A stretch of DNA of 64,000 bases from Azolla caroliniana. Its lineage: Eukaryota; Plantae; Polypodiophyta. Location: the NCBI GenBank assembly GCA_043228905.1, contig JBHGNT010000001.1:27962001-28026000 (forward strand), in the 5' to 3' direction. How positions within the stretch are numbered: position 1 is the first letter of the stretch; every line of letters starts with the position of its first letter. A program made the position numbers and the translations under genes. Under the pieces are notes generated by a model. That model did no database searches. It was not told the origin of the DNA and saw only the letters and a list, made by a program, of their open reading frames with translations. Shown one piece after another: positions 1 through 14,367 of the stretch.

Positions 1-155
1 TCTGCTCCTGCTCCTGCTCCTGCTCCTGTCTGTCTGTCTGCCTGTGTGTGTTCAACCAGAGATAAAACAATCGAAGCTTGTCTGTCTGAACCAAGGAGCG
101 GGAAGTTAAGACGTAGGTAGAAGACAGAAGAGGAAAGGCATAAACAAGAAGGAAG

Positions 156-3100
156 ATGATCGGGCGATCAAAGCAGCATGTCAACGTCGTCGACAAGCCG
201 CTCGGCAAAGGAAAACACGAGGTAAGGTCTCTGCCATTGTCTCTTCCTTAGCGTCGTAGTTCGTTTTTTCTTTATCCGTTGTCATCCATTTATTCTCTGT
301 TTGTTTGTTTTTGAATCGATTTTCTTGTTCATGCTTTTTTTTCCCCTCCGAGCTTCGTTGTCTCTTTTTGTTGGCTTCTTGACTCACCACCTCATCTTCA
401 AAGAAAAAAGATAAATTGATTGATTTTACGGTTCACTTTATGTATGATTGTTTGCTTATGACATAGATATGGCTTCTGCCCTTGGTAGCTTTTACGAGGA
501 CAACTTAGCACCATAGTTCCTTCTGTATGCACAAAAAACCGAATCTTGCAACATTGCATAGGCCAGCTTAGACCAATCCTTACATTTCATGGCCATTAGT
601 TGCAAATATATTATACGATTTTGACCCTTTTCTTAGCCTGCAAATCAAAATGCTCTAGTGTGAGGATCACTGGAAAGACATTAAAACTTTGGTTTCTTTA
701 CATTTAGAAATATTTGATCTTACAAAGATGTGTAGGACTTACATCAATACGCTAAGCTGTTCTAGATTTCATCACAATATATTAAAATATTTACTTAATA
801 AGATGTGCATTCTCATTGCGTAATTAGCTTAAGCAGGATACTATAATTTTTATTATTAAGTTTTGTATTCAGTTCCGTGCTTCATTCTTCTAAGTAGAGA
901 TCTTATAAAATATTCATTTATTTGTGTATTCAACCTCCTTTTGACAATGCAAAAGGAATCTTCCTTCAAGCTTGCATAACGAGTTGAGAGGTTTCTCAAT
1001 ACTTTAGCATTTAGATTAAGAAGAGGAGCATCAATATCTGTATCAAGAAGAGAAATGCAAAAGAAATGTGCATACAAGATGAGTTCATGGATTTTATTAA
1101 ATACTGTAGATAATTTGTAAGATTCGCAGGCCAGAAATTTGTAGAGAAAATGATCACAATCTCACACATTATTCTAAGGTCAACCTATAAAATCCCAAAT
1201 AATCTAGGGTTTTAAAGCCCTTTTACACAATCCTATTACTTGACACTTTCACTCTGGAAATGAGAAAGAATGTAGATATGTCCATTATCTAGGCATCTAA
1301 TATTTAGAGCTGAGATGGATCTGATTTTGTCATCCTGTTTGCTTGAGTCATGCCTACTCTTAGACACCATCACTTTGTTTTTATACAAGTTTATGGACCA
1401 ATCTCTATCTGTACAGTATACATTAAAGCATCTTGATGTTTATGAAGTAAATGTGAAAAGTTAGAAATAGCACAGGTCATCACTATATACTCAAGAGTTC
1501 TTCTGAATGACTGGGCATAAAGGGCATGTAGGCAGTGAATCAGGTTGAAAGTCAAAGGCACCCACTCAACTGGTGGAATGCTTTCAAAACTAGTTTTTTT
1601 GAGTGGAACAGAGGTGATTGAATGTTCATTTAATGTGTAGTGCATGTATGATTTAGCTAAAGTAACCAATAAATATGTTCCTGACATCCATCACTACATG
1701 CATGATCTCTGTATACTCATATTCTTAAATTGTGATAAATTTTAATGTTGGACTATACAAAATAATTGGGAGTAAATTTGCTAGTGACGAAGAGTTTATT
1801 AGATCATTTGTAGCCATTTGATGTACAAGTATTTGTTTATCTATTCAATTATCCATTTGTCTCTATCGATAATTCAATGCATGTTTTTGAAAAGCCATTT
1901 CTCTCAGTTCTGACAGATCAACCTTCTCCTACTCTATAACAATCTTGTGTTTTATGAGCATGGTAGTTGAAAAATCTGTGCACCTTGAGATAAACCTTTC
2001 TTGTGGTACATACCTGACTTACATATATCTAGTGTCAAAAAATTTGGATTTGAACTAAATTAACATAAATTTATTCTAAAAACTAATGAACTGATAACTT
2101 TCTTTTTTTCTCACATTTACTCATTCGTTCACTCAGACGAATGCAGACTGAATCCATAACCTCTGATATTATGGCCTCGTGTCAATATATGTATAAAAAA
2201 TTGCATTATGAAAATAAACATGTTCTACTTGTCTGCACATGTGCCTTCAATTAAGAAGATGATTTGATGTGCAGGTCAGCTTGAATGCCTTTTCATTCTT
2301 ATTTTCAGAGTTGGTTCAATATAACCAAGCATGCGTGGATAATATTGCTGAGCTTGAGCACAGGTCGTTCCTTCTTCAATGTTATAATAAGTTATTTGTC
2401 TAAAAGTTTGCATACTATTAAAATACCATATACAAAGTTCGATGCATATTATGTTGTGTGCAATGTGCATTGCATTGCGGTTGAAGGTATAGGTGAACTA
2501 TAGTTATTTTCCCTCTAATATTTCTTTTATGAAACTTGCATACTACAAAGTGTAAAATTCCAATAATTTATGGAGCTTGCTGTTTCCATTTTGACAGCAT
2601 ACTACATATGTTGGGGGTTTAAATCCCCTTGGACACATTTAAAGCGTATCATTTGTCAGTCTTGTATGCTTAAAATACAAATATATGGAATCTCATTCAT
2701 GCATTGGTTGTTCGATATCCATGGGTCCTGATCTCTCAATGATAAAATTTGGAGAATAAAATAATAGTTTAATCCTTGAAGGAAAAGATAGTATGGTCTT
2801 TAAAATAGAGTCATCAATGGTAGAAACTTTGGAGTGATAATTTAGAAATTTTAGAGAAAAAATTAAGATGTTACTGATGGACAAATGCACCAATCAGTCT
2901 GAAACCTGGCAATTGCCTTTTGGTTTTTATTTAATCAAATCAGATGCAAATAAGCCATGCACTCTGAGCTGCAAGTTGTTTGCAAAAAAGTATTGTTAGT
3001 CTGAGATGTGTTGAGCCTTTGAGGAACAGCACCCATGGGTAAACAAATCCACCAAAAAATCTCATGAAGGGACCTACTTTCTCTGGAACCCAAAAACAAT

Positions 3101-4819
3101 ACTACACAAAACCAAATAATTCAAAAACCCAACGAATAGTATCCTTGAGAATAGAACTTATAGATGTTATTACTGTTACACTATCGTTGATTTTGAGGCT
3201 CCACGGTTACCCTTCGTACCATACACGACTATTCGTTGCCTCTGTACTTCACACACCGCACATGACTTATTTTCACCCGTCAATCTATTTATCTTCATGT
3301 ATCTCAATAAGACATCATGCCACTAATATTTTGGTTGTGTATGGACGGAAGGTTTTGAGTTCTATTTCATGAAAGTTATTCCTTTACATTCAAGAAAAAC
3401 AATTTGTTCAGGGAAGTTTTTTGAATATTCAGTTTTCAGTTTCATAAAAAGTAACTTGCCTTCCAATTCCAATAAAACAGAAACTGTTCCTGCAATGCAC
3501 CTATCTGACTTTTAGATATACCTTGCAGTCAAGAATCTCTCAAAAATTAAATATATTTATGCCAATGATTGGGTATATATTCTGTCTTCGAAAAATTGTT
3601 GATGTTATTTTGTTGGGAGATTGAAGTAAGCAGGTTAGAAGATGCTGGCTATGGTGTTGGTATTAGAATGCTGGAGCTACTTTGCCATAGAGAGAAGGTG
3701 ACTCTATTTCTCATTTTTAACTTAAGTTGTTTTTCATAGTTGGTGTATGGTGTAGTTTCATGGAACAGCTTTATGTGCAGGCCAATAAGAGGGAAATAAG
3801 ATTGCTGGGAATCTTGTCTTTTGTACACAGTACACTGTGGAGATCGCTTTTCGGGAAGGTGTCTATTTACTATCAGGTGATTTTGCTTTCTTTATAGGCT
3901 GGATTATCTGATGATTGTGGAAAAAGGTTGCAGATTCCTTGGAGAAGGGGACAGAAAATGAAGATGAATACATGATCAGTGAGAAAGAGCTCCTTGTCAA
4001 CAGGTATCTTTGATGATTCTCTTTGCATTATTTTATTCTGTGATGGTAATCATAAGAACATTTGCATTTGCATTATTTTCTTTGGTATGGACATTTTTAA
4101 ACACACCTCGTGGTCCTAGGATGACTGCCTTTGTGTTGTCTTCTTCTTTATGAACATTTTTAAACACATGTTCTTGAACTAGGATGATTGCGTTTGCATT
4201 CTCTTCGGTATCAATATTTTTAAACAGACATTGTTGAATTGACAATTACCTTTGGTTTGTTTTCTTGACATTTACTGAAACCACCCGTTGATCTATTACA
4301 ATTTGCATTTACATTGTTTTCTTCAGGAATGACATTATTAAAAACATATATTTGACCTATGATGATTGCATTTGCTTCTGTTTTCAGTGCTGACATGATT
4401 TAAATTCGTATTTGACAAATGGTGATTGCATTTGCATAGTTTTCTTTAGTGATCAACATTATTAAAAACATATTTTTTCTGTAACTACATTACGGGAACA
4501 CATGATGTTGACCTGTAACGATTGCGTTTTCATTGTTTTCTTCAGTAATGACATTATTAAAAGTTGCCATGATGATTCAATTTTCTTCAGTAACAGTATT
4601 TTGCAATGGCATTTGCATCATTTTCTTCCTCGATGAGAATGTTAAAAAACACATGTTTGATATATGACAGTGATAATTGGCTCATCCTATTAAAGACATG
4701 TATTAAAGGAGGAAGTTAAATGAGCTTATCCTATTACAGGTTTATATCTGTGCCAAAGGATATGGGTGCTTTCAATTGTGGAGCTTATGTTGCAGGAATA
4801 GTCAAGGTGTTGAAGCTGA

Positions 4820-4869
<50 letters not shown>

Positions 4870-5531
4870 ACCAATCATCTTTTTTGTTTTCTTTACTCAT
4901 TAACCTTTCTCATGGACAGGGTGTTCTTGATGGCTCAGGATTTCCTGCAAGAGTGACTGCGCATTTTGTTCCTGTTGAAGGGCAGCAGCGGCCCAAAACA
5001 ACGATTTTGATCAAGTTTGCAGAAGAGGTGAGGACTCAAAACCTGTTACGAATCTAATCTTGTTCAGAGAATCTATACAGTTGTGGTTCAGATTTCTTTT
5101 ATCTCAAATGTCTGCATAACTTAATCTATTTCCATCAGACCATTTTTGCTAGGTTAGAAAGTCTTTAAGAAAAAAGGACATGTTATGTGCTGTTTGTTTA
5201 AACTGGAAACCTTAGCAGCATCTAAGGGGGAATTAGATTACCATATCCTCTCGATTCTGTCATATATCTTCACGTATATTTACAAGATACACTTTTGTTA
5301 CTAAAGTTTGGTAGTAAAACCTTGAGAGTGATCTGGATGGAAATGATGAAATATATAAACAGAGAGCGAGGAAGTCCTCGACAAGGAAAATTTAAACGAA
5401 GGCATTCAACAAATTCATTTTTTTAAACTCATGAGTTACTAAAAATAATTTTCATGATAATGGATTGTCAAAGCTAAAACAGTGGCGGTGATTTGCTGCA
5501 GGTTCTTCAGAGAGAGGCTCGATTAGGATAA
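156..5531 (+). CDS. TRS31: Trafficking protein particle complex subunit 5 (TRAPPC5/Trs31), 8 exons
   Basis: Exons 156-221, 2275-2363, 3634-3697, 3781-3858, 3927-4003, 4740-4806, 4920-5027 and 5502-5531, all GT-AG, join to a 192-aa ORF. Motifs EVSLNAFSFLFSELVQYNQ, RLEDAGYGVG, FISVPKDMGAFNCGAYVAGIV and GFPARVTAH are typical of TRAPPC5. Confidence 0.95.
4030..4680. repeat. Degenerate tandem minisatellite (~55-62 bp unit) in TRS31 intron 5
   Basis: Roughly ten recurrences of GATGATTGCATTTGCATTGTTTTCTTCAGTAATGACATTATTAAAAACA-like units. Confidence 0.7.
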
Positions 5532-7527
5532 AAGTTGCTAATTGAAAGAAGCTTTGAAGATGATATCGTTTTGTAAAGATATGGTTATTTGTGTATCTTT
5601 AATGCCCTGTGGTGATGCTCTGATGCTTCTTTGAAGTGTTGCTTATGTTCCTGAGATTAAGACATATGTGGGGGCACAGGAATGTCTTCCAAACTGATTT
5701 ATCTGACTCACCAAAATAATTTTGATAGATGATTTCACCCTTTAGTGTTTTGATTTATCATGCCTCCCTATAACAAAAAATGAATAAACTTTGATAAACT
5801 GAGACACTTAGAATACAAATTTGGGGGCATACTAATGTATGGGGTCATCATCACTAATGTGGATTCTATCAAGTTATGGAGAGACAATTATTGTATGACA
5901 TTGAATTGAATTTTGTTCAGGTGTATGTTTATGAGCAAATCATTGATTCTTGTATCCTAGTGAAGTTTGCCTCCTAAATTTAGTGTGAAAGAAGATTAGA
6001 TTTGCTTTGTATGAAGATAGCGATGGTGACGATAGAAAGAGTTTGTTAAATTGACGGAGTGATTTGATTAATAGAATCCATTCAGTGTTTAAGATTTGAT
6101 GAAATGACCATATAATTGCTCAGAGATGATGCATAATTGAGAGAGGATGAATTGGGCATGCAATTGCTCAAGTAAAACACATACTACCTCTTTCGAGGCT
6201 AACCAAGGACAAATGGGAGCAGGATGAAACAGTATGATGAGTTGGGTGTCTTGGCCTTGCCAAAGTGTGTTTTGCTTGGCTGTAACTGACATAGCGAATT
6301 CTGATTATCAAGTAAGAAGACTGATGGCAGCTCTCAAGTGTAGGACCTAGGGATAGTACTTGAGTCACCAGTCTTTGGTGGATGTTGATCGGAGATTTCA
6401 AGGTTATGTTCATAAAGATAGTGTGAAAAGAAATTTGGCATTTAAAGGTAGAATGGACAAAAAAAAATGCTAAATGTAAGTACAATATCACTTAGTTAGA
6501 AGATCAAATAAAGATTCTTGGATTGACCCTTGAATAATGAATTGTAAATTTGGCTGGGGAGTTTCCTTAGGCTGATTGAAGACTTATTTTTATCCCATCA
6601 TATCAATTGTTTTACCTCTCTTTCTTGATGAAAAATCCCATAACAAAGCCAATACTGTGTGATTGGTTTATAAATAGTTGAATCCTAGTAAGATCCTACA
6701 TGGCACAAACATTAGAACATGTTCATAGTAAGAAATTTTGTCCATCATAATGAGTATGCTCGGATCAAAGCCACTATGCGTCGTTTTCTACTCCTAATGT
6801 CTATTCACCACTATCACCGAAGTACACATGGAACATTGCTTAAAACAACTTCCAAGGTTGTCGTATGCGAATGGCAAAGCTTGTGTCTTGCAATGTTAAC
6901 AATATGGTTTGAGGTGTTGGGAAATGTGGTTGGCATTAGGAGCACACTTGGTTTGGTTTGAGAATTTTGTCTAGGCATCAATAGAAGAAAAGGGTAGGAG
7001 TTTGTTCACCTCCCCCCCCCCCCGCCACCTTCCAACAACTCCCTTTGAAATGTGAAGCCAAAAACGAGATGCCATAAGTCATGGACAAGTGTTAGCCAAA
7101 GGGGCTCGAGCTGAGTACTCACGAAATAGCAACAAAAGAAGACAACCACAACAACGATAACATTGGTGTAAAAGAAGAAGAAGAAGAAGAAGAAGGTATA
7201 CGATATTTTCAGATATATAGACAGATATTTTTAGCGTGTCTATAGAGAGGCCAAGATTGACTCATATTAGTGAAGGCCATAGGAAATATGTGGGCATATG
7301 AATGAATGTGTTTGGGCTAAGGCTTCTTCTCATTAGCAGAAACACATTCTCACAAACTCTGTTTTGGCCTATGAGGTCCCCTAATTAACTGATCATGTAG
7401 GAGGAATGAATATCCCCCCCCCCCCCCACTCTTTTAGCACACAGAGTCTTTTGAAAATGCTAATGAAAAAAACACAGAGCACTGGAAGAGAGCGTGTGTA
7501 ACGCATCGAGAGGTCGATCGATCATCG

Positions 7528-10500
7528 ATGATGTCTTCCTCCAGTGTTGGGTTTTCTCCTCTCTCCTCCAAGCCCATCATCACGTTCGTAACCGGCAATG
7601 CAAAGAAGCTCGAAGAGGTGAAGATGATACTGGGAGACTCTGTCCCCTTCCAATCTGTCAAGATAGACTGTAAGTTAGTCATGAGTGAGACAGAGATACA
7701 TACGAAGAGATCTTTTTTTCTTTTAATGTTTCTGGGTATCTTGCGCTTTTTCATTAACGTTCTAGTATGCTTTGTAAGTTGAGAGAGGGAGAAATTTAGA
7801 CGTTTTTGGGGATCTTGCCTTCCTTCATCACATTCCCCTTTACACACATTCATAGATAAGAGGAAGACAGAGGGAAAGGAAAATATGTAAATGAATTCTA
7901 GAGGCCAAAATCGTTCTTTGAGGCAAATTATGGCAATAAATATCGGCGAATTCATGTTATCCATGCTAAAATAAAAATAGAAGCTCCATGATCATGATCA
8001 TAATGCATGTGATGAAATGATTTTGGAGTTGTTTTATGAGCAGCATGAAGTGCATAACTAATATGTGTGGGTTGAGTTGTGGTGACCTGCTATCGAATCC
8101 AAGGTTGGTTGGTGTGGTGGAATGAGACTATGAATAAGTCTTCATATGAAAATGTAATGGTATGGCTTCCATGCCCACTATCCTGTTACTCATGCTCTCT
8201 ATTGTTGCCAGAATTTCTCTGCTCGCTCTATGGTGAATCCTCGGCACATTGCTGGTGGAGGTGTGAATCTATGGATGAAATCAGTGATGTGTGATTGCTG
8301 TTGCTTCCTGCATGCAAATAGAAGAGCTGATTCCCTATGCTTTGCTGATCAAGCAAGATTTGGCCAAAATGTCATGGGTTAACCTTTTCCATCATATGGT
8401 GATGGAGTCCACGTAGAGAGTGGCATTCTTTTCTTGTAAGCTGGGCATCTATACACAAAATATTCCCTTGTTTCAATCCCTCCTTCACAAAATTTGCAAA
8501 ATATTCCAGATCTAGGCATGTGAAATTGTCATCTTGCTTCAATCTCTGGTTGGAGGGAGGAAAATCTGAGTTGACCTATTGATTTGCAACCACTGTGGGG
8601 TATGTACGCATCCATGTACCTCGGTCTCTATATTCTGAGAGGTTCATGAATGCCCTTTGTAGTAGGTCATCTTTGGGGAAAGAGTCTCCTTCGGCGTGAT
8701 CCAAATCTTTTGGGTATGGAGCTGTCATAGTTCTTGCGACAATACCTGGTTCTGTTCATCATTTTGGAGAGGTTTACAATATTGAAAGGGTGGCAAGTTC
8801 CCGATGTTAAGGCCATTGTTGTTGAACCTCTTCATCACCTGCTAGTACTATGATCCTTTTGTCGTGCTAATTTACATTCATATGGTAGACTGTCCTGGCT
8901 ATGTCCTGTTCTTGGAAATTCTCACAAGTTTGAGTAGCTCTAAAATACCATGTTTTCTGTGTCTATGTGTGTGTATTGGTCACTAAAGCACAAATGAATA
9001 TTCTTTTGTGACTCTTCACCATCATTTGTATCGTATACTATGAACTACCTTTCCTTTATATCCCAAATTGGCCATCTTCCGGGCCTCAATGTGCATTCAT
9101 GTAATCAGTTCTTGTTTGAATAGCACTTTGCCCTTCTTGTTCTTTGTGACATAGGTACACTGACATATGATTGGATTTCATTTGTTATTCCTCCAATCTC
9201 AAGAAGCATGGTCAAGTTTAATGTCATGCTTTTCATTTTTAGATTTTGATACATATTTGTGATATACTTTTTTACTAGTGTCAGTTGGATGCTCAAAACA
9301 TTGTGGTTTTGTTATGAGGAGAAATTAAAAGATAGACATTTTTAACATCCATGGACACCGATTGCAATCTATGGAATGGAGTCTAGGCTATGGCGAGGAG
9401 CATATTTGTGTTCTCTCAATCTTATGTGATTTTGATCCTATGATGGAAACCAAAAAGCCAATAGCAAGAGAGAGACGTAATGATGATGCTGTTTTTCACA
9501 GTGCCTGAGCTTCAAGGAGAACCTGAAGACATCTCGAAAGAGAAGGCTCGCATGGCAGCAAGGGAGGTACACTAAATCTCTCCACTCAACTCTGGGTTTC
9601 AACCATAAATGTTTTCTCTTGCATTTAACAATATTCTTTCCTGTTGATGAAAAGATTGGTGGCCCTGTACTAGTGGAGGATACATGCTTATGTTTCAATG
9701 CACTAAAGGGTCTCCCAGGTTTAAGCATTTAACATTTTCATGTTTAAGCATTGAACATTTTCAGTTCATCATGAGTTTTTTTAATGATGATGTGGACTTG
9801 ATCATGTTTTTCTTTCTTACCGTTTGCTATGTTTTCTGTTGCTTTGCAGGCCCATATGTGTAAGTGTTCTGAAGCTCATATTCTCTCTCATCTAAAGATT
9901 AAACTGGAATCTATTTCATTTCCAAAATCAAGACTTATTTTTGTATATTAAAAATCGGATTTCTCGGGTGCTTTTTGCGTAGGAAGTGGTTTCTACAGAA
10001 GACTGGTCCTGAAGGTGATGATAACATTCAGTAGCACCATAACCCTTCATTTTTCATATATTTTTGTGTTAGTAGATATACTAGCATGGGAGATAATAAT
10101 GCATTGATATTTGTTTTCTACTATTTTTCTGAACCTTGTATATCCACTTGATCTCATCCATCTATGTTTATCTATGTTATAAAACTTCATGGATATAAGA
10201 AGGTTAAGTTATCTATGTGCTTCACAATCAATTTAGGCCCTCTTTGATGCTCTTTAATAATGCCACTGAGGATGATTTTTGGATACCTAAAATGGTAAGA
10301 AAGAGAGTCTAGTGAACACATGTATTATGTCATTGGTTTGGCCCCTCTTGCATGGTCCTTTCATCATCGTAATTGAGAAGTTGCTCTTTTGATACCGTCA
10401 GAAGAGAATATGATGCTTGTATAATGGAACAAAGAAGACACACTAAAGTGTGACATGTTATGTCTTATGATATTTGGATATAAAAATGACTTGACTTTTT

Positions 10501-11041
10501 TGATTTTGTTTATAGGTCTGAATAATATACTAGTTGCATATCCAGACAAGTCAGCATATGCTCTCTGCATCTTCTCATTGGCTCTTGGACCGGGAATTGA
10601 ACCAATAACCTTTGAAGGACGGACAGAGGTTTAATCTTCATCTTTCATTTCTTCACATTTTTGTTAGATTTATTGTTTATGTTCATGCTTTATGTATAGA
10701 TATATATGTTCACTACTACTGAAGAAGTGGTTTTGTAACTATATTTTTATAACAGGGGAAAATAGTATCACCACGGGGTCCAACCGATTTCGGGTGGGAT
10801 CCAGTTTTTCTACCAGATGGTTACAGTCAAACGTGAGTTATATTTATCTTTTTAGAACAAAAAGAGTTGGTGCTGCATATACTGTGTCATACATCCATAT
10901 TAAAAAGAAACATTATTTTGTATATATATATATAGATATGCTGAGATGCCGAAGGCTGAGAAGAACCGGATCTCACATCGGCGCAGAGCTCTAGATAAGC
11001 TCCGGGAACACCTACACCTCAGATATTCGTCTACACATTGA
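7528..11041 (+). CDS. ITPA: Inosine triphosphate pyrophosphatase (ITPA/Ham1), 8 exons including a 10-nt microexon
   Basis: Exons 7528-7669, 9502-9566, 9655-9718, 9850-9859, 9983-10014, 10516-10628, 10756-10832 and 10936-11041. Motifs [48 protein letters not shown] and KNRISHR. Confidence 0.95.
8400..8900 (-). mobile_element. Non-LTR retrotransposon (LINE) 3' remnant in ITPA intron 1
   Basis: Minus strand 8620->8430 translates as [60 protein letters not shown]. This aligns with the LINE C-terminal zinc-knuckle region at 31840-32040. Boundaries are approximate. Confidence 0.65.
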
Positions 11042-12882
11042 ATTTTCTGCTTGCGATAATGCGAACTTGCAATTTTGTTTCTTGTTTTTTAACAAATTTT
11101 AGCTCTATGTTGAGCCTATGCCATTGTTGCTTCAATAAACAAAAACACATGTTTTCCTGATCATCTACTTCCCCAATTCATTGTTATTAACAAATCTCCA
11201 ACCAAAGTGATGGACGATTAAGAACTTTAGCTCGTAATATGGTAAGGCTAAATTTAGAGAAACTATATTAAGTCGTCAGACCAAAATGAGATGTTGTAAA
11301 GAATTGTTTGAGGTTTTTTTAAAACATAAAGAGGATTGACTTAGGTGCGTAGCTTTGCAAGTAGAAATTTAAAAGTTGCCCTCTCCCTTTAGACTACAAA
11401 TAAAGTCATGTTTTTAACCTAGAGAGTCAAGACAATCAAATATAAGTTGGTTCATAAAGAAACAGACAATTTGTAATAGGTATCACATGAATATGGATCC
11501 ATGTTTCTGTAACATGTAATAGCTGGATGGATTTGTGGCATAAACAAACAGTATATTTTTTGTGTCAATCATGTGTGTGTGTGTATGGCATGAGCAAGTC
11601 CATGCATGTTTGTGTGCATGGCATGAGCAAGTACATGCATGTGTGTGTTTTGTTTTCTTATGTATATCAATAGAGAAAAAGAGGGGAATATAGTAATGAG
11701 TGTGATGCACATGAAAGTGGTCCAACAATTCTTAGCATGAACTGTTTACTTGAGCATTGATTTCGTGTTTTAAGAGGGGATTAAAGTTTTGCAAACATTT
11801 GTCCTTCAAAATGACAAGCAACAGATTTTGACAATTGCTTTGAAGCCGTACTAAAAAATTGTTGAATTCATTAAGTTAGATCTTATCTAAATCAAATTCC
11901 TGTAGCACCCATAAGAAAAGGTTTTGTAAGAAAAACACCCTTCAAAATGAAGGCAAAAGAATTTGAGGATTGCTTTTGAGACCTACACTATGTCTCCAAA
12001 ACACTTTGGAAATGTATAATTTACTAGAAATCGAAGGTAGAGAACTCTAATGTTGGATGCCCATATGGCTAAATGAAAATTTGTAGGTTGATGTTTCGTA
12101 GCTCATATTCTTTTGTCAAAACTTAATGAGGCAAACAAGAGGTAGTTTTCGATCAATGTCTTCGCCACATTGACATGAATTTTCATGTTGCACTTTCCTT
12201 GCTTGTCCTCTGAATCGTTTTTTGTCCAACCTCAATCATGTGGAAAGTTGTTGACTCCACTTTTCTTGTGCCAAGATTTCTTGTGACCAATGGTTTGTTG
12301 ATTATAAGTTAAGAGCCAAGTTTCCTTTCCACAATGCTTAATTGCCACATTAGTGTGAAATTTCATGCATACAACTTGTTCATACCAGATTTCTTATAAT
12401 TAATAGTTCGTTTTGCCACAACATCCATATGACCAAGAAGTTGTTCAACCCACTTCTCATATGACCCAATTATTTGCTAACACATTAGAATGAATTTCCC
12501 TTCAGAAACAAGAAAGTCTCTATAATAATTTACCCATTGAGTTTCTATGACATCGGCATCAACAAAGAATTCCTTTGCCTCATGGAGGATTGACCTCAAT
12601 ATCTCAATCCTTACCTAGATAATTGCAAACAAGTGAATGTGAGCTATTTATAAACTTTTTGTAAGGGGAAAACTTCGAAATACATGCGAGAGTTTTTCTG
12701 GTTTGTTTATTTTATCAGTTCACAAACATTGAAATGCCCATGGGAGTGAATTAATGACATAACTCTAGGAAACAGAGGTGGTGGAATCGACAACATAACT
12801 CCCAAACACATAGGGGTTGGATATATTGGGAAGTTCAGGGGCATGGTTGGGAATTAAGAGAAACTATTGACAGGTAGAAGCC

Positions 12883-12937
<55 letters not shown>

Positions 12938-13513
12938 AAATAATGGCTTTCATTACGAAGGTAAAAAAACACCACCATGACTAATTTACTACAAAGTATA
13001 GAACACTTCTAGGGATCTAAATACTACTACCACTCCAAACTCAATGCCACCCTACACCGATTCAAATGGCAAATATGATGATATGTGACCTAGTAGAGTC
13101 CTCTCTCTTCATGGTTGAGCATTCGTGACTTCTCTAGAACTATCAATTGCCACAAAAGAAGTCCTTTTAACTTTACAACATAGTTTCTCACCCCAATTTG
13201 CAAATCAAAAGTGAAGGCAGTTTGCATAATCCAATTGAACCATAGCCCCCAATACATCAAGAACTCAATTTTTATTTGGAAATGAGGCATCGGTTCATAG
13301 TTCTCCATATGTGCAAAAACCAACTAAAGGAAGATAGGCTTACTCTAGTTAGAGACATCCACACTAAATCGATACACCTCCAAACCATCATAGCGATCGG
13401 GCATGAAAAAAAATGATTGCCGACTATGTTCCAATTCCACCAAACAAAAAAGAAACACGTTCCTCTAGTAATGTTTTTTTTTTTAATGCATCCCGCAATG
13501 GTAAAGCTGCAAC

Positions 13514-13782
13514 CATAGAACGTAATATTCGTGTTCGTGGAGGCATTCAAACGTTTGAAAACGTACACGTTTGAAAGGGGAAAAATACGTGCTCCTTTTT
13601 TTTCTTTTTTCTTTTTTCTTTTTTTCATTTGTTTTCATTGCAAATTTAGCCCATAATATAGACCATAGTTAATCCAATCAAACGTGTCAAACCAATCCAA
13701 CTTTTAGTTGATTTACCATTCACGTTTTATTGAATCAAACACGAATGCGAATGCGCGTATGATACGTATGGTTCATTCTATG
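13514..13782 (-). mobile_element. hAT-type MITE, 269 bp
   Basis: TIRs CATAGAA...TTCTATG and a perfect 8-bp TSD GCTGCAAC (13506-13513 and 13783-13790). The termini match the copy at 18459-18714 in the opposite orientation. Confidence 0.85.
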
Positions 13783-14114
13783 GCTGCAACCATAACTCTC
13801 CAAATGAAAACCTTAGCTCGTAGCATCAATCGAAAACACCAACTTGTCTTTGATCACATGAAACCACCAGGTAATGGGCTGACGAAAACCCAATATCTTT
13901 ATAACCCTTTCTTCCATCCACTTATTTTTTGTGAATCAACTTGTGATAAGCAAGCATCATTTCTTCGGATCATATCTTTATAACCCCTGCTCATGGGCCA
14001 AAATTTGGCCTTAGAAGACATTAATATATCTTTCTTTCTTTCTTTCTCTCTCTCTCAAGCTTGTTCTTTTTCAGTCATTTATGAATGTGGGCGATCCAGA
14101 GTGTCCACACATAG

Positions 14115-14144
14115 CACGTGAGGAGCGCAGCACTTGCACGTGTC
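14115..14144 (+). promoter_or_regulatory. Paired G-box/ABRE (CACGTG; CACGTGTC) upstream of the cysteine protease
   Basis: CACGTG at 14115-14120 and 14137-14142, about 230-250 bp before the ATG. Confidence 0.45.
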
Positions 14145-14367
14145 TCATCATGAGATATGGCACGGAGACTTTGACTTACCTCTGCAAGAAAGTGCTTAGT
14201 GTCACAGCCTTGTCGTACAGTTGAAGAGCTGCAGGTATGGCTTGTCTCTGCTAAGACCTTAGAGACATGGGTTCTCGGTCATAGAAACCCAGAGAGGATT
14301 AAGCCATACTGAGCAGAGAAAAACTGAAAAGTTTTAAGGCTAATTTGAACAAGGCAGGCGTAACAAC

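Noticed and set aside
11900-12860. Possible retroelement remnant between ITPA and the protease gene
   Set aside because: No diagnostic RT or integrase motif could be read
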